Assembly: GCA_005222975.1 (NCBI GenBank) | Contig: NJBI01000031.1 | Coordinates: 1 to 42,052, forward strand | DNA from: Promethearchaeota archaeon Loki_b31 | GTDB taxonomy: Archaea; Asgardarchaeota; Lokiarchaeia; Sigyniarchaeales; SOKP01 | Reading direction: 5' to 3' | Length of the DNA: 42,052 nucleotides | Shown here: piece by piece, positions 9,891 through 19,398 of the stretch | Position numbering within the stretch: the first letter of the stretch is position 1 | Layout of the letters: the number at the start of each line of letters is the position of its first letter | The notes under the pieces: model-generated | What the model saw: the letters and a program-made list of their open reading frames with translations, nothing else | The model's database searches: none | Told to the model about the DNA's origin: nothing | Translations under genes and position numbers: made by a program

Positions 9891-10754
9891 TTAAATAATT
9901 GCCCCAGCTAAGGTATGTTTACAAGCGCAATCTCTTTCAGTGTCTATTTTAGGAATAGTTAATTCCAACATTTTTTTAAGACTGTTAGCATTTTTCTCCA
10001 TTGTTCCTAAAATTTCTTCTATACTTACCGCGAGCTTTTCTACGGGGCCTCCACATTTCGCACATTTTTCTTGAACTTCAACAACGCCACAAATTGAACA
10101 TTCTCCTGCCCACACATCTAAATCAGTCACCATCGCAATACAGCAATAACATATTTCTTTTTCGGCAGCTAGTACTACTTCTGGATATGTTGTCATTCCA
10201 ATGATATCTCCGCCCCATTGTCTAAACATTTTAGATTCTGCTCTAGTTGAGAATCGAGGTCCTTCGATACAAACATATGTACCGCCGTTTTGAATTTCTA
10301 ACCCCTCAATAGATTTTCCAGTTTCGTAAAATAACTTATTTAAATAAGAGCAATAAGGGTCTGCTTGGCTAATGTGACAGACTTGTCCGCCTTCATAAAA
10401 AGTATCGAACCTTTTTTTAGTTCTATCAATGTATTGATCAACCATTACAAATTTACGCTTATCATGCTCCTTTTTTAGAGATCCAACTGCTGAAGGTGAA
10501 ATTATATATTTTACTCCCAATTCTTTTAAAGCCCAGAGATTAGTTCTAGAATTTACTTTATGTGGTGGCATTGTATGCCCAGCTCCATGACGAGATATAA
10601 ACGCTACTTTCTTTCCTTTAAATTCACCAACTTTAACAAAATCAGATGTATTTCCATAGGGTGTATATACCTTTATATCCTCAATGTTATCAAGTTCAAC
10701 ACCTGAACCCGTTCCACCAATAATTCCAATATCAGCTTTTCCTTCTAATTTCAT
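9891..10754 (-). CDS. mtnP: S-methyl-5'-thioadenosine phosphorylase (MTAP) with a Zn-ribbon insertion
   Basis: GIIGGTG, TPYG, RHGAGH, SAVGSL, EGPRFSTRAES, IGMT, VTDLD. Confidence 0.92.
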   Translation of the reverse strand: MKLEGKADIGIIGGTGSGVELDNIEDIKVYTPYGNTSDFVKVGEFKGKKVAFISRHGAGHTMPPHKVNSRTNLWALKELGVKYIISPSAVGSLKKEHDKRKFVMVDQYIDRTKKRFDTFYEGGQVCHISQADPYCSYLNKLFYETGKSIEGLEIQNGGTYVCIEGPRFSTRAESKMFRQWGGDIIGMTTYPEVVLAAEKEICYCCIAMVTDLDVWAGECSICGVVEVQEKCAKCGGPVEKLAVSIEEILGTMEKNANSLKKMLELTIPKIDTERDCACKHTLAGAII

Positions 10755-10884
10755 ATTTCAATCCCTTTTTTTTCGATGTTTGAATAATACTAAATAAAAA
10801 ACTTGATATTTTTGGATTGTTTTATCTAAGTAAAAAGTTTTTTGATATTTTATAGTATAATAAGTTATCTAAAATAAAGCAACA

Positions 10885-12192
10885 ATGCCGCAAATAAAAT
10901 TCCTTGGGGGATGTAGAGAAGTAGGGAGGTCAGCAGTCCTGATTGAGTCAAATAATGGGGCACAATGTATTTTAGATTATGGTATTAGATTCAAGGGCGA
11001 AGAGAGATTACCTTTAGATGGAGATTTTAGCAATCTTAAAGCTATTGCGTTGTCTCATTGCCATGTAGATCATTCTGGAGCTTTACCTTTTTTATTTAAA
11101 AACAAAGATATTCCCCTCTTTACCAACCCTCTAACACTTAGGATGTCAGAGATATTGATAAAAGATACGATTAAAATATCCAATTTTCCTCACCCGTTCG
11201 GGTATAGAGAGTTACAAAAAACAATTAAAAACGCTTCTTTTCTTAGCAACGAAGTACGTCAGAAGATTGACGATAATTTCTATATTACATTTTACGACGC
11301 AGGACACATTCCTGGTAGCGTATCTATATTAGTAGAGGTCGATAATAAGAGAATTCTTTACACGGGAGATCTCAATACTCAAGAAACGAACCTAGTTTCT
11401 CCCGCTGAACCTTCTAAATTGCCAGAAATTGATGCATTAATTACGGAATCCACGTATTCTTTAAGAGATCATCCTATAAGAGCGGAACTTGAAAAACGAT
11501 TTATTGATGATGCTCTAAATATTATTGAGAATGGTGGAAAGGTTCTCGTTCCTGCTTTTGGGGTTGCTCGCTCACAAGAAATCTTGTTAGTTTTACAAAA
11601 ATACAATTTTAAAAGTGAAATATTTCTTGATGGTTTAGCAAGAAAAGTTTCGATAGAGTACGCTCAATTTCCTAATTCTTTTAGAAATTTTGCTGAATAT
11701 AAGTCTGCTTTAAAAAGAGCTCAATTAATAACATCTAGAGAAAAACGAAAGAATGTTAAAAAGAGATCAGATGGTTTAATCATATCTCCATCAGGCATGT
11801 TAAAGGGAGGTGCAGCTCTTGAATATATCAGCTCAATCTTAGCTGACTCAAGCTCAGCAGTTTTTCTTGTGGGATATCAAGTCGAAGGGACTCCTGGAAG
11901 AAAATTAATTGACGAAAGAATTTTCGAGTTTAAAGAAAGAAGCAGTAGGAATTATCGCACAAGAGATATTTCTATCAAAGCAAAATGTAATGTAGATTAT
12001 TATGATTTTTCTAGCCACGCGGATAAAATTCATTTACACAGATATATCGAAGATTTAAAGTTTCAAAACGATTCTAAATTTATTTTTTGTATACATGGAG
12101 ATGCAAAATCAACAACATCATTTGCTTACGATTTGTCAGACAAAGGTTTTAATTCAGTTGCTCCTGAAATCGGTGAAACTTATAAGATATAG
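10885..12192 (+). CDS. MBL-fold beta-CASP ribonuclease (aCPSF2-like, no KH domains)
   Basis: FLGGCREVGRS, SHCHVDH, AGHIPGS, YTGD, ESTY, SSHAD, IHGD. Confidence 0.92.
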   Translation: MPQIKFLGGCREVGRSAVLIESNNGAQCILDYGIRFKGEERLPLDGDFSNLKAIALSHCHVDHSGALPFLFKNKDIPLFTNPLTLRMSEILIKDTIKISNFPHPFGYRELQKTIKNASFLSNEVRQKIDDNFYITFYDAGHIPGSVSILVEVDNKRILYTGDLNTQETNLVSPAEPSKLPEIDALITESTYSLRDHPIRAELEKRFIDDALNIIENGGKVLVPAFGVARSQEILLVLQKYNFKSEIFLDGLARKVSIEYAQFPNSFRNFAEYKSALKRAQLITSREKRKNVKKRSDGLIISPSGMLKGGAALEYISSILADSSSAVFLVGYQVEGTPGRKLIDERIFEFKERSSRNYRTRDISIKAKCNVDYYDFSSHADKIHLHRYIEDLKFQNDSKFIFCIHGDAKSTTSFAYDLSDKGFNSVAPEIGETYKI

Positions 12193-12223
12193 AAAAACGC
12201 AGATTAAAAGAACAATCTCGTTA

Positions 12224-13726
12224 TTATTGTAATTGCTTTTTAATTATTTTATTACAGTTTTCTAAAAAGACATCGATTTTATCAACTGGGACTTTTGTAC
12301 CCGCAGCTGGCGGATGACCGCCCCCTAACGCTTCTAAATTTGAAAGGCTTAGTGCTTCTCTGATCGCCTCTGAAAGGTTTACCCCCTTTTTCACAATACT
12401 TTCATGTGCCCTCCCCGATATTTTATATACCTCCTCCTCTTTTCTTTTTGCACATCCAAAAATAGGTTTTGATTTATCTATTATATCGCTTTTACTAAAC
12501 ATTAACATAGAAGCAATTGTACCAATAATGTTTTCTGATATGACTTCTTCTCCAAAAAAAAATTGGATGTGCTCTTTGAGTTGAATTTTATTTTCATTAT
12601 GTATCCATGATAATGCTTGGGCTAAAGATTTCTTGTACCCTATTAACTGCTCTCTTGCTTTCTTATAAGCGATTCTTCTATCACCCATTGCAATAGCGAT
12701 TCCTAACGATCCATTATTACTCCTCCCGCAAGAATTTAAAAGATAAGAAAATTCTTTTAAATCGTGTAATTCAGAACCAACTAATTCATTTTTTAATATA
12801 TACCTATTAATAATAAGATTTTTTATAATTTCAGAAGGCTCAACATCGAGTTTAAGAGATACATATCTAATTATTGCCGAAGTAACTTTCTGCTTTTCTT
12901 CTTGGTTAAAATCATTTAAAGTTCTTATATTTCCATCTGAATTTTCCATTAAAATTCCTATAGTTTGTAAAAATTTTAACATTTTACTCGTATTTCCACT
13001 TAATCCCGGTAGATTAATATCGGTGGAGTAAGCTATTGCTACATTTATAGGTTTAATAGGAGAAAAATTCAAGTCATTTACCATTTCGACTAAATCTGCC
13101 TTAGTGGCATGCTCTAAAATAATAGAATTTAACCCGGTAAAAGAATTATTAGGTCCCCGATTTTGAATATCACCCGTTGCACCTATAAGTGCTATTGGAG
13201 ACAAATCTAAATTATTCTCATTTAACGCTTTAGCAAAAAAGTAACAAATTCCTGCTCCAGAAATTTCTTTACTACCATCAATTTCATAAAAATAAGGATT
13301 GATATGCCAAGGCTTCGAATTTTTGTAAACTTCTTTAATTTTATCGTCATTCTTATCTGAAATATTTTGGGGAATATGGTGATCTAAAATAATATAAGGA
13401 GTATTTTTATTATCATTATTCAATTTATCATCGAGTTCTAAATATTGCCCGCTCCCAAAATCAGAAAAAATCAACATATTATTATAGTCCTGAACCTTTT
13501 CTGCGATTTTTACAATTTCTTCTCTTTCTAATTGTTTTAACACAGAAATCTGAAAAGGTATACGCTCTCTATATAGAGCCTTCCCAAGAATTGCCCCAGA
13601 TGTTAGCCCATCTGCATCTAAATGAGTATATATCTGAACAGAAGCATCAGATTTTTTTAAATGATCTTGAAACCATTTTATTGTTTCTGTTAAATCAGAG
13701 GTTAATAATTTAAGTTTTTTTTTCAT
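12224..13726 (-). CDS. DHH family phosphoesterase (archaeal RecJ/GAN/Cdc45-like nuclease)
   Basis: HLDADG, SDFG, LDHH, GDIQ, DHHA1 motif GGGHPPAAG. Confidence 0.92.
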   Translation of the reverse strand: MKKKLKLLTSDLTETIKWFQDHLKKSDASVQIYTHLDADGLTSGAILGKALYRERIPFQISVLKQLEREEIVKIAEKVQDYNNMLIFSDFGSGQYLELDDKLNNDNKNTPYIILDHHIPQNISDKNDDKIKEVYKNSKPWHINPYFYEIDGSKEISGAGICYFFAKALNENNLDLSPIALIGATGDIQNRGPNNSFTGLNSIILEHATKADLVEMVNDLNFSPIKPINVAIAYSTDINLPGLSGNTSKMLKFLQTIGILMENSDGNIRTLNDFNQEEKQKVTSAIIRYVSLKLDVEPSEIIKNLIINRYILKNELVGSELHDLKEFSYLLNSCGRSNNGSLGIAIAMGDRRIAYKKAREQLIGYKKSLAQALSWIHNENKIQLKEHIQFFFGEEVISENIIGTIASMLMFSKSDIIDKSKPIFGCAKRKEEEVYKISGRAHESIVKKGVNLSEAIREALSLSNLEALGGGHPPAAGTKVPVDKIDVFLENCNKIIKKQLQ

Positions 13727-13810
13727 TTTTTTATAAAATTTAATATAAACTTAATTTAATATATTAAAATAAGAATTTAATATTAAATACTCAATTAAAA
13801 AAAACCTTAA

Positions 13811-14818
13811 GTGAAAAATATGACACATCATGTCAAAATTAATGAGCTAACTTTAAAGCTTGTTGAAAAAATAATTGAAAATAAAGATTTTTATAAAGCC
13901 GAAATACACAAATTTGATAATGGCGCTACAGTCTTAGATATGACAAATGCATCGTGGAACGGGGGAAAATTAGTTGGTGAAATTTGTATGGGCGGATTAG
14001 GAACGGTTGATTTTACTTCCTATAACTTAGATGGTCATTATATACCTAGTGTCAATGTTTATACTTCCGAACCAATAATTTCTTGTATGGCATCTCAACT
14101 AGCGGGATGGAAAGTAAAATTGAAAAAAGAAGTAGAAAAAGAAGGTGTAATAAAAAAAAAGACAATTTTTCAATCATTAGGTTCAGGACCTGCTAGAGTT
14201 AAAAGTAAAGTTGAGAAGTTATTTGAAGAAATTAAATACACCGATGATTCGGACTGTGCTGTGATTGTTTTTGAAACCGCAAAGTTGCCTAACGAAGAAG
14301 TGATGGCAATAGTAGCAGAAAAATGTGGAGTAGACGCAAGTAAGACTTATGCCGTTTGCGCACCTACTGCCTGTTTAACGGGGTCTATCCAAGTTGCTGC
14401 TAGAATCGTAGAAACGGGCATACATAAACTCCATGAAATACATTTTCCTTTAGATGTGCTCAAAGACGGTTTTGGGATGACTACAATAGCCCCTATTGCT
14501 AAAGATGATCTTGGAGCTATGGGGCGAACTAATGATTCAATTAGTGCAGCTGGTATGACTTACTATACTATTGATGTCGAAAAGGACAAACAAGCTGAAA
14601 TTTTTGATCTGCTTAAAAAAGCTCCAGCCAATACATCGTCTAGTTATGGAAGACCATTTATAGAAACATTTAAAGCAGCGAATTATGATTTCTATGCGAT
14701 TGATCCAGGATTATTCGCTCCGGCTATTTATACAGTAACGAATGTTCAAACAGGAAAGAGTATTACAGTTGGTGAAATTAACCATAATTTATTAAAAGAA
14801 TCCTATAAGTTAAATTAA
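13811..14818 (+). CDS. mch: Methenyltetrahydromethanopterin cyclohydrolase
   Basis: EICMGGLG, CMASQLAGW, GSGPAR, APTACLTGSIQVAARIVE, AMGRTND, DFYAIDPGLFAPA. Start may be the ATG at 13820. Confidence 0.95.
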   Translation: MKNMTHHVKINELTLKLVEKIIENKDFYKAEIHKFDNGATVLDMTNASWNGGKLVGEICMGGLGTVDFTSYNLDGHYIPSVNVYTSEPIISCMASQLAGWKVKLKKEVEKEGVIKKKTIFQSLGSGPARVKSKVEKLFEEIKYTDDSDCAVIVFETAKLPNEEVMAIVAEKCGVDASKTYAVCAPTACLTGSIQVAARIVETGIHKLHEIHFPLDVLKDGFGMTTIAPIAKDDLGAMGRTNDSISAAGMTYYTIDVEKDKQAEIFDLLKKAPANTSSSYGRPFIETFKAANYDFYAIDPGLFAPAIYTVTNVQTGKSITVGEINHNLLKESYKLN

Positions 14819-14880
14819 AACTAACTTTATCAATATAACTCTAATTTTTTTTTATTTATGTTAAATAACGGTTCAAAAAT

Positions 14881-16074
14881 CTAAAAATTAGTTAATTCTC
14901 CTTGATATTTTAATATTTCAGCATCGGAGATATCTTTATCAACTTTAATTTGTTTATGGATTCCTAAATAAGCACAAGCTATTTTGGCTGCTGCAGCAAT
15001 TTCAGCTTTTTTTAAGGTTAGAGAATATTCGTCAATAGGTTGTGCTTGATCGATATAGCGTGTTTTTCGATAATTTCTCTCATTTTGTATTGATTCATCT
15101 AAAAATGGGTCGAATTGATATTTTTTTTCCTGTAATTCTGTAGCTCTTTCAGATTTCATCTTGTATAATAAAGAAGCCATTTTATCTGCCACATTGAAAG
15201 GTAATTGATTTTTTACTATTATTCTAATGATGTTGTTTATGTCAAAATAATTTAATGTGTCATACTTTGCTCTTATAAAGCATTTAAGGTTTTCAGAATC
15301 TTTTTGACACTCAATCTCAGTCCAATCGTGAATTGCCAATCTTCTTCGGAAAAAGATCAATTCCCAATCGATTCCTAACTCTTTTAAAAATTTAAATAAT
15401 TTGTCATCATTCGGTTTTCTTGATTCTATAATAATAAATAATTGTAGACCATAGTATTTATGCTCTTCTTGTAGGAAATATCCTCGCTGTTGCATTGACG
15501 CAAGGATTTTGATCTTTATAGAGTAAATATTATCAGAAACTTCCCTTTTTTCACAGTTTAAATAAATTACATTTCCTTCTTCAGTAATATATTCGCTATC
15601 AAGAAAGCCTAAAATGCTATCATCGTTTTCTTCAATAAAAACCCTCAATCCACTGAGAGTTGGTTTTACATCATACTTTGTTAAATCATTTTCTCTGATT
15701 GTAACGTAATCAGTATTACTTCCTCCAATTGCTAATTTAATAGATTTTAATTTTAACTCTTTTTCCTCTCCAAACACATTTTTAAAAGCATCAATTAAGG
15801 GAAAAATTTCATTCTCTAAAATTTTTAGATTAGCCATTGAACTTTCAAAAGGTTGCGGTGAATCAAGCAATTTGTTTAATACTGGCGCTTCTGAAGCATC
15901 AACTTCAATTTCATAATCTTTTGCTAAGTTCTTTCGAATAATACAAAAAGATCTTCTTTTTTTATTATATATAGAAAGAGAAGTACGATTGTCTATTACC
16001 GCTCGAAATTGTTCGTTGTACATCTCATCAAAACTTTTAGATTTGAGCTTTCTTTTTCTCATGAGTTTAGCCAA
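14881..16074 (-). CDS. Hypothetical protein (~397 aa)
   Basis: Long ORF with genome-typical composition; no motif recognised. Confidence 0.8.
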   Translation of the reverse strand: MAKLMRKRKLKSKSFDEMYNEQFRAVIDNRTSLSIYNKKRRSFCIIRKNLAKDYEIEVDASEAPVLNKLLDSPQPFESSMANLKILENEIFPLIDAFKNVFGEEKELKLKSIKLAIGGSNTDYVTIRENDLTKYDVKPTLSGLRVFIEENDDSILGFLDSEYITEEGNVIYLNCEKREVSDNIYSIKIKILASMQQRGYFLQEEHKYYGLQLFIIIESRKPNDDKLFKFLKELGIDWELIFFRRRLAIHDWTEIECQKDSENLKCFIRAKYDTLNYFDINNIIRIIVKNQLPFNVADKMASLLYKMKSERATELQEKKYQFDPFLDESIQNERNYRKTRYIDQAQPIDEYSLTLKKAEIAAAAKIACAYLGIHKQIKVDKDISDAEILKYQGELTNF

Positions 16075-16335
16075 AAAATATTCTATTGTTAAATTAATAA
16101 AAAAATAATTTTATAATTTTATGTATGAAAAAATATAATTGTCTTTTATTAATATTACTCAATTAATAATCTTTTGATAACTTTTTGTTAAAAAATAGCA
16201 TAGCTAGTTAGTTTACTATTACATTATACGGTATTTAGAATTTTGTGGGATCCTATTCTCTTAATTAAACAAAAATCAAGCAAAAGTTCTAAAAGCAGAG
16301 TAACAAAAGTAAATTCATTGAACTTAAATAAAAAT

Positions 16336-16515
16336 CTAATCTAATTCGTCCTCTAAGAAGTATTTATTTCCTTTTTTCTTATAGATTATTGTTGAGCCAA
16401 AAGTATTTCGCATAGTATATTTGTCTCCTTCAACATCTAATAATTCAATAGAATAAGACAACGCTCTATCTTTTAGTATTTCGTTGACAATTCTTTTTTC
16501 TTCAGTAAGGTCCAT
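16336..16515 (-). CDS. Small hypothetical protein (59 aa, below ORF-track cutoff)
   Basis: ATG to TAG: MDLTEEKRIVNEILKDRALSYSIELLDVEGDKYTMRNTFGSTIIYKKKGNKYFLEDELD. Natural alpha/beta pattern; fills an otherwise empty gap on the same strand as both neighbours. Confidence 0.7.
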   Translation of the reverse strand: MDLTEEKRIVNEILKDRALSYSIELLDVEGDKYTMRNTFGSTIIYKKKGNKYFLEDELD

Positions 16516-16587
16516 AATATAAAAATATCATGCAGTTAAAAAAAATTTTTCTGTTTTCTTAAAATTATTTGTTTAAATAAAAATTAC

Positions 16588-17070
16588 TTACAACGATGCT
16601 TTTCCAGTCATCTCAATAATATTTAATCTAATTATACATATGTTATCATAAGCTTGTTCATTTTTAAGGAATCTTTTTTTCTCTTTACCTGGATTATCTT
16701 CTAAGTGATTTAGAATGATGTTAAATCCGTATTTTTTATCTTCCAAATCTTCTACAGTTGCCATTTTACCCCAGAACACGATAGAACGATACTTATGAGA
16801 ACAATCGTTCATAATATAACCTAGATCATCCACTACTGTGCCACACACATTCGAGTTTTCCCTTAAAAACTCAACCTTTAACCCTTCTTTAGTACTGTGG
16901 AAGTATAAAGAATTCCGTTTTAAGTCAAAACCATAACTTAAAGTTACGATGTAAGGTTCGTTAGCTCTACACATTGAAATCGTCGCAAACTTTCCGTTTT
17001 TCAATATTTCAATTATTGTATTTTTATCTGTTATTTCCCTTTCTTTTTTTTTCATATGATATTTCGGCAT
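16588..17070 (-). CDS. Pyridoxamine 5'-phosphate oxidase-family / NimA-like flavin-binding protein
   Basis: MKKKEREITD, PYIVTLSYG, LYFHSTKEGLK, NSNVC, YRSIVFWG, EMTGKAS. Confidence 0.88.
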   Translation of the reverse strand: MPKYHMKKKEREITDKNTIIEILKNGKFATISMCRANEPYIVTLSYGFDLKRNSLYFHSTKEGLKVEFLRENSNVCGTVVDDLGYIMNDCSHKYRSIVFWGKMATVEDLEDKKYGFNIILNHLEDNPGKEKKRFLKNEQAYDNICIIRLNIIEMTGKASL

Positions 17071-17333
17071 AAATTTTACTCACACTAATATTTATATCAT
17101 TATTTCCAAATAAGAATGCCTAAAAATTGCGTAATAATAGTAATTCCTCTGGATATTACTTTATTATTAAAAAAAAATAATCTCAATCAAAAATAATAGT
17201 ATATAAAACTAACGGTTTCAACGGTTTTATTAAGAAATCGTGAAAAATTTAATAAAAACTTATGTTTAAAATATAAATAAACTTCTAGATAAACATACAA
17301 TATAATTAAAATATTTGTTTGTGAATAATAACC

Positions 17334-18581
17334 ATGGCTAAACAAGTACTTGATATCGGTTTTTTCAGCACAATGTACAGTCAGATTAATGGTACTGCTC
17401 ATGCTGTTCGATTCTTATCCGAAGCAATCGCAAACCTTGGTCACAATGTTCATGTTTTTGCTCCTCGAGTTCAAAATGGGTACAAAAGGCCGAAAACTTT
17501 ACATTTTCACGAAATTGGGGGTGTAATGATTGCACCTAAAACGGGTTTTGTTTTAAGTGCCCCTATACATAAAATCTTTTTCTGCCAACACGATTATCTC
17601 GATATTTCCCACATCCATACGCATGCTGTTGTAGGATCCATGGCAGTAAATTGGTCCAAATATTTAGGGATTCCAATGATAGGAACCCATAATAGTCCTA
17701 TGCAGTATTACACGGCTCAATATGTTCCAATCATTGGTAAACTAATGACAAAAGGCGACCTTATTTGGAGATACGAACGCCATATAGTAGATAAATACGA
17801 TTTTGTTCATGTCGCTACTAAATCCAAAAAAGATTTGTTAAGAGATTACAGATTTAAAGAACCAATAGTTTGCATGACGAATGGTATTCACGATTTATAT
17901 TTTACAAACTTGAAAGAAAATGGGATTCGTGAAAAATATAATTTAGAAGGTAAAAAGGTCCTTTTATATGCATCAAGGCTATCCCCAGAAAAACACCCCA
18001 TAGATATTATTAAAATATTTAAAGAAGTACATAAAGCAATTCCTAATGCTCACCTATTATTAGTTGGAAGCGATGGTCCATCAACTGAACATGTAAAAAG
18101 AATAATTAATAAGAAACAATATCGAGATTTCGTTTCGTATGCTGGTAGAATACCTTTTCCAGATTTATTAAAATTATATGACACAGCAGATCTAACTTGC
18201 TTGTGGTCGTGGATTGAAGCTGAGGGGCTCGTCTTACTCGAAGCGATGGCCCAGGGAACGCCCTCTGTTGGAGCTAATGCATGTGGAATTAGCAATATAA
18301 TTCGACATGGTGAAACGGGATATTTGGCAAATAATCTCGATCAATTTAAAGATTACGTTATAAAGTTATTAAAAGATGATGATCTTAGGGCAGAATTTGG
18401 AAAAAATGCTCAAAAAGTAGCTCAAGATTATAGAGTAAGCGAAATCGCAAAAACATGGATTAAATTATACAATTTCACAATTAACGAACTCTATCCTTTA
18501 CGATACAATAGAAAAGATAGGAAAACTCGTGTGGAGTTAGTAAAAGAATTTATCCTACACTTGCCAAATGTAACCTTTTAA
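17334..18581 (+). CDS. GT4 family glycosyltransferase
   Basis: GHNVHVFAP, HIHT, ASRLSPEKH, E-x7-E motif EAEGLVLLEAMAQGTP. Confidence 0.92.
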   Translation: MAKQVLDIGFFSTMYSQINGTAHAVRFLSEAIANLGHNVHVFAPRVQNGYKRPKTLHFHEIGGVMIAPKTGFVLSAPIHKIFFCQHDYLDISHIHTHAVVGSMAVNWSKYLGIPMIGTHNSPMQYYTAQYVPIIGKLMTKGDLIWRYERHIVDKYDFVHVATKSKKDLLRDYRFKEPIVCMTNGIHDLYFTNLKENGIREKYNLEGKKVLLYASRLSPEKHPIDIIKIFKEVHKAIPNAHLLLVGSDGPSTEHVKRIINKKQYRDFVSYAGRIPFPDLLKLYDTADLTCLWSWIEAEGLVLLEAMAQGTPSVGANACGISNIIRHGETGYLANNLDQFKDYVIKLLKDDDLRAEFGKNAQKVAQDYRVSEIAKTWIKLYNFTINELYPLRYNRKDRKTRVELVKEFILHLPNVTF

Positions 18582-19279
18582 AAATTATTTCTCTCTCTAA
18601 CTTTTTCTAGTTTTAATTTACATTTCTCACATAGATAAATAGATTTTCTATCAATTTCTTTAATATTTTTAGAGAAGCGCATAACACAATAATCGTTAAG
18701 GCAATGCCCACAATCTAATATTAAATGTCCAATTTCATGAATTACTTCTTTATAGATCCTCCTTTCTATCTTTTTCAATTTAAGATCTTCAAAATTAAAC
18801 AAATCTATCAGGTTATGAGTAGACACTATAGCACACATGTATTTAATATGTGCTTCTCCAAATAGAAATAATAAATTTTCATTACTACTAGAATAGATTG
18901 GTAAATTTGTCAATCCTAGGCCAATATCTAAATCATATTCAAATTTTTTATCAACAATAATTTCATAAAATTTATTAGTTGGTTGGAGGAGGACCTTTTC
19001 TGAAGATTTATTTAATAAATTATTTTCCTCCTTAACCCTTAATTCAAACATATCAGGGCGTATTTTTATATTTTCTATAAACTGAATGTCAAAAAAAAAA
19101 GAATCGAACGTTTGCTCCAAATGAAATCTCAACTTGTATAACATAGAAGTTGAAACATTACCTATAAAAATAATTCCCAAATGACATGGAAAAATAATTT
19201 GTCTATAAGTAGATTGATTTATTGGTAATGCTAGAGTTTGTTTATTTAAAATATCTTTACCATTTTGAAATTTTGACAT
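18578..19279 (-). CDS. amzA: Archaemetzincin (peptidase M54)
   Basis: LFLFGEA, KEVIHEIGHLILDCGHC-x4-CVM...IDRK...LCEKC (metzincin His motif, Met-turn and Cys4 site). Confidence 0.85.
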   Translation of the reverse strand: MSKFQNGKDILNKQTLALPINQSTYRQIIFPCHLGIIFIGNVSTSMLYKLRFHLEQTFDSFFFDIQFIENIKIRPDMFELRVKEENNLLNKSSEKVLLQPTNKFYEIIVDKKFEYDLDIGLGLTNLPIYSSSNENLLFLFGEAHIKYMCAIVSTHNLIDLFNFEDLKLKKIERRIYKEVIHEIGHLILDCGHCLNDYCVMRFSKNIKEIDRKSIYLCEKCKLKLEKVRERNNF

Positions 19280-19398
19280 AATAATATTAGTTTAACAAAC
19301 GGTTATACTCTTTTTTTATTCATAATTATTATCTATTTAAGCTATTAATAATTTTATTAATTTAAATAATTATTATAAAAATCTTTCCTAATATTGTA

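Noticed and set aside
16212-16313. Long imperfect inverted repeat in an intergenic gap
   Set aside because: Mostly A-U pairs in very AT-rich DNA; plausible by chance.
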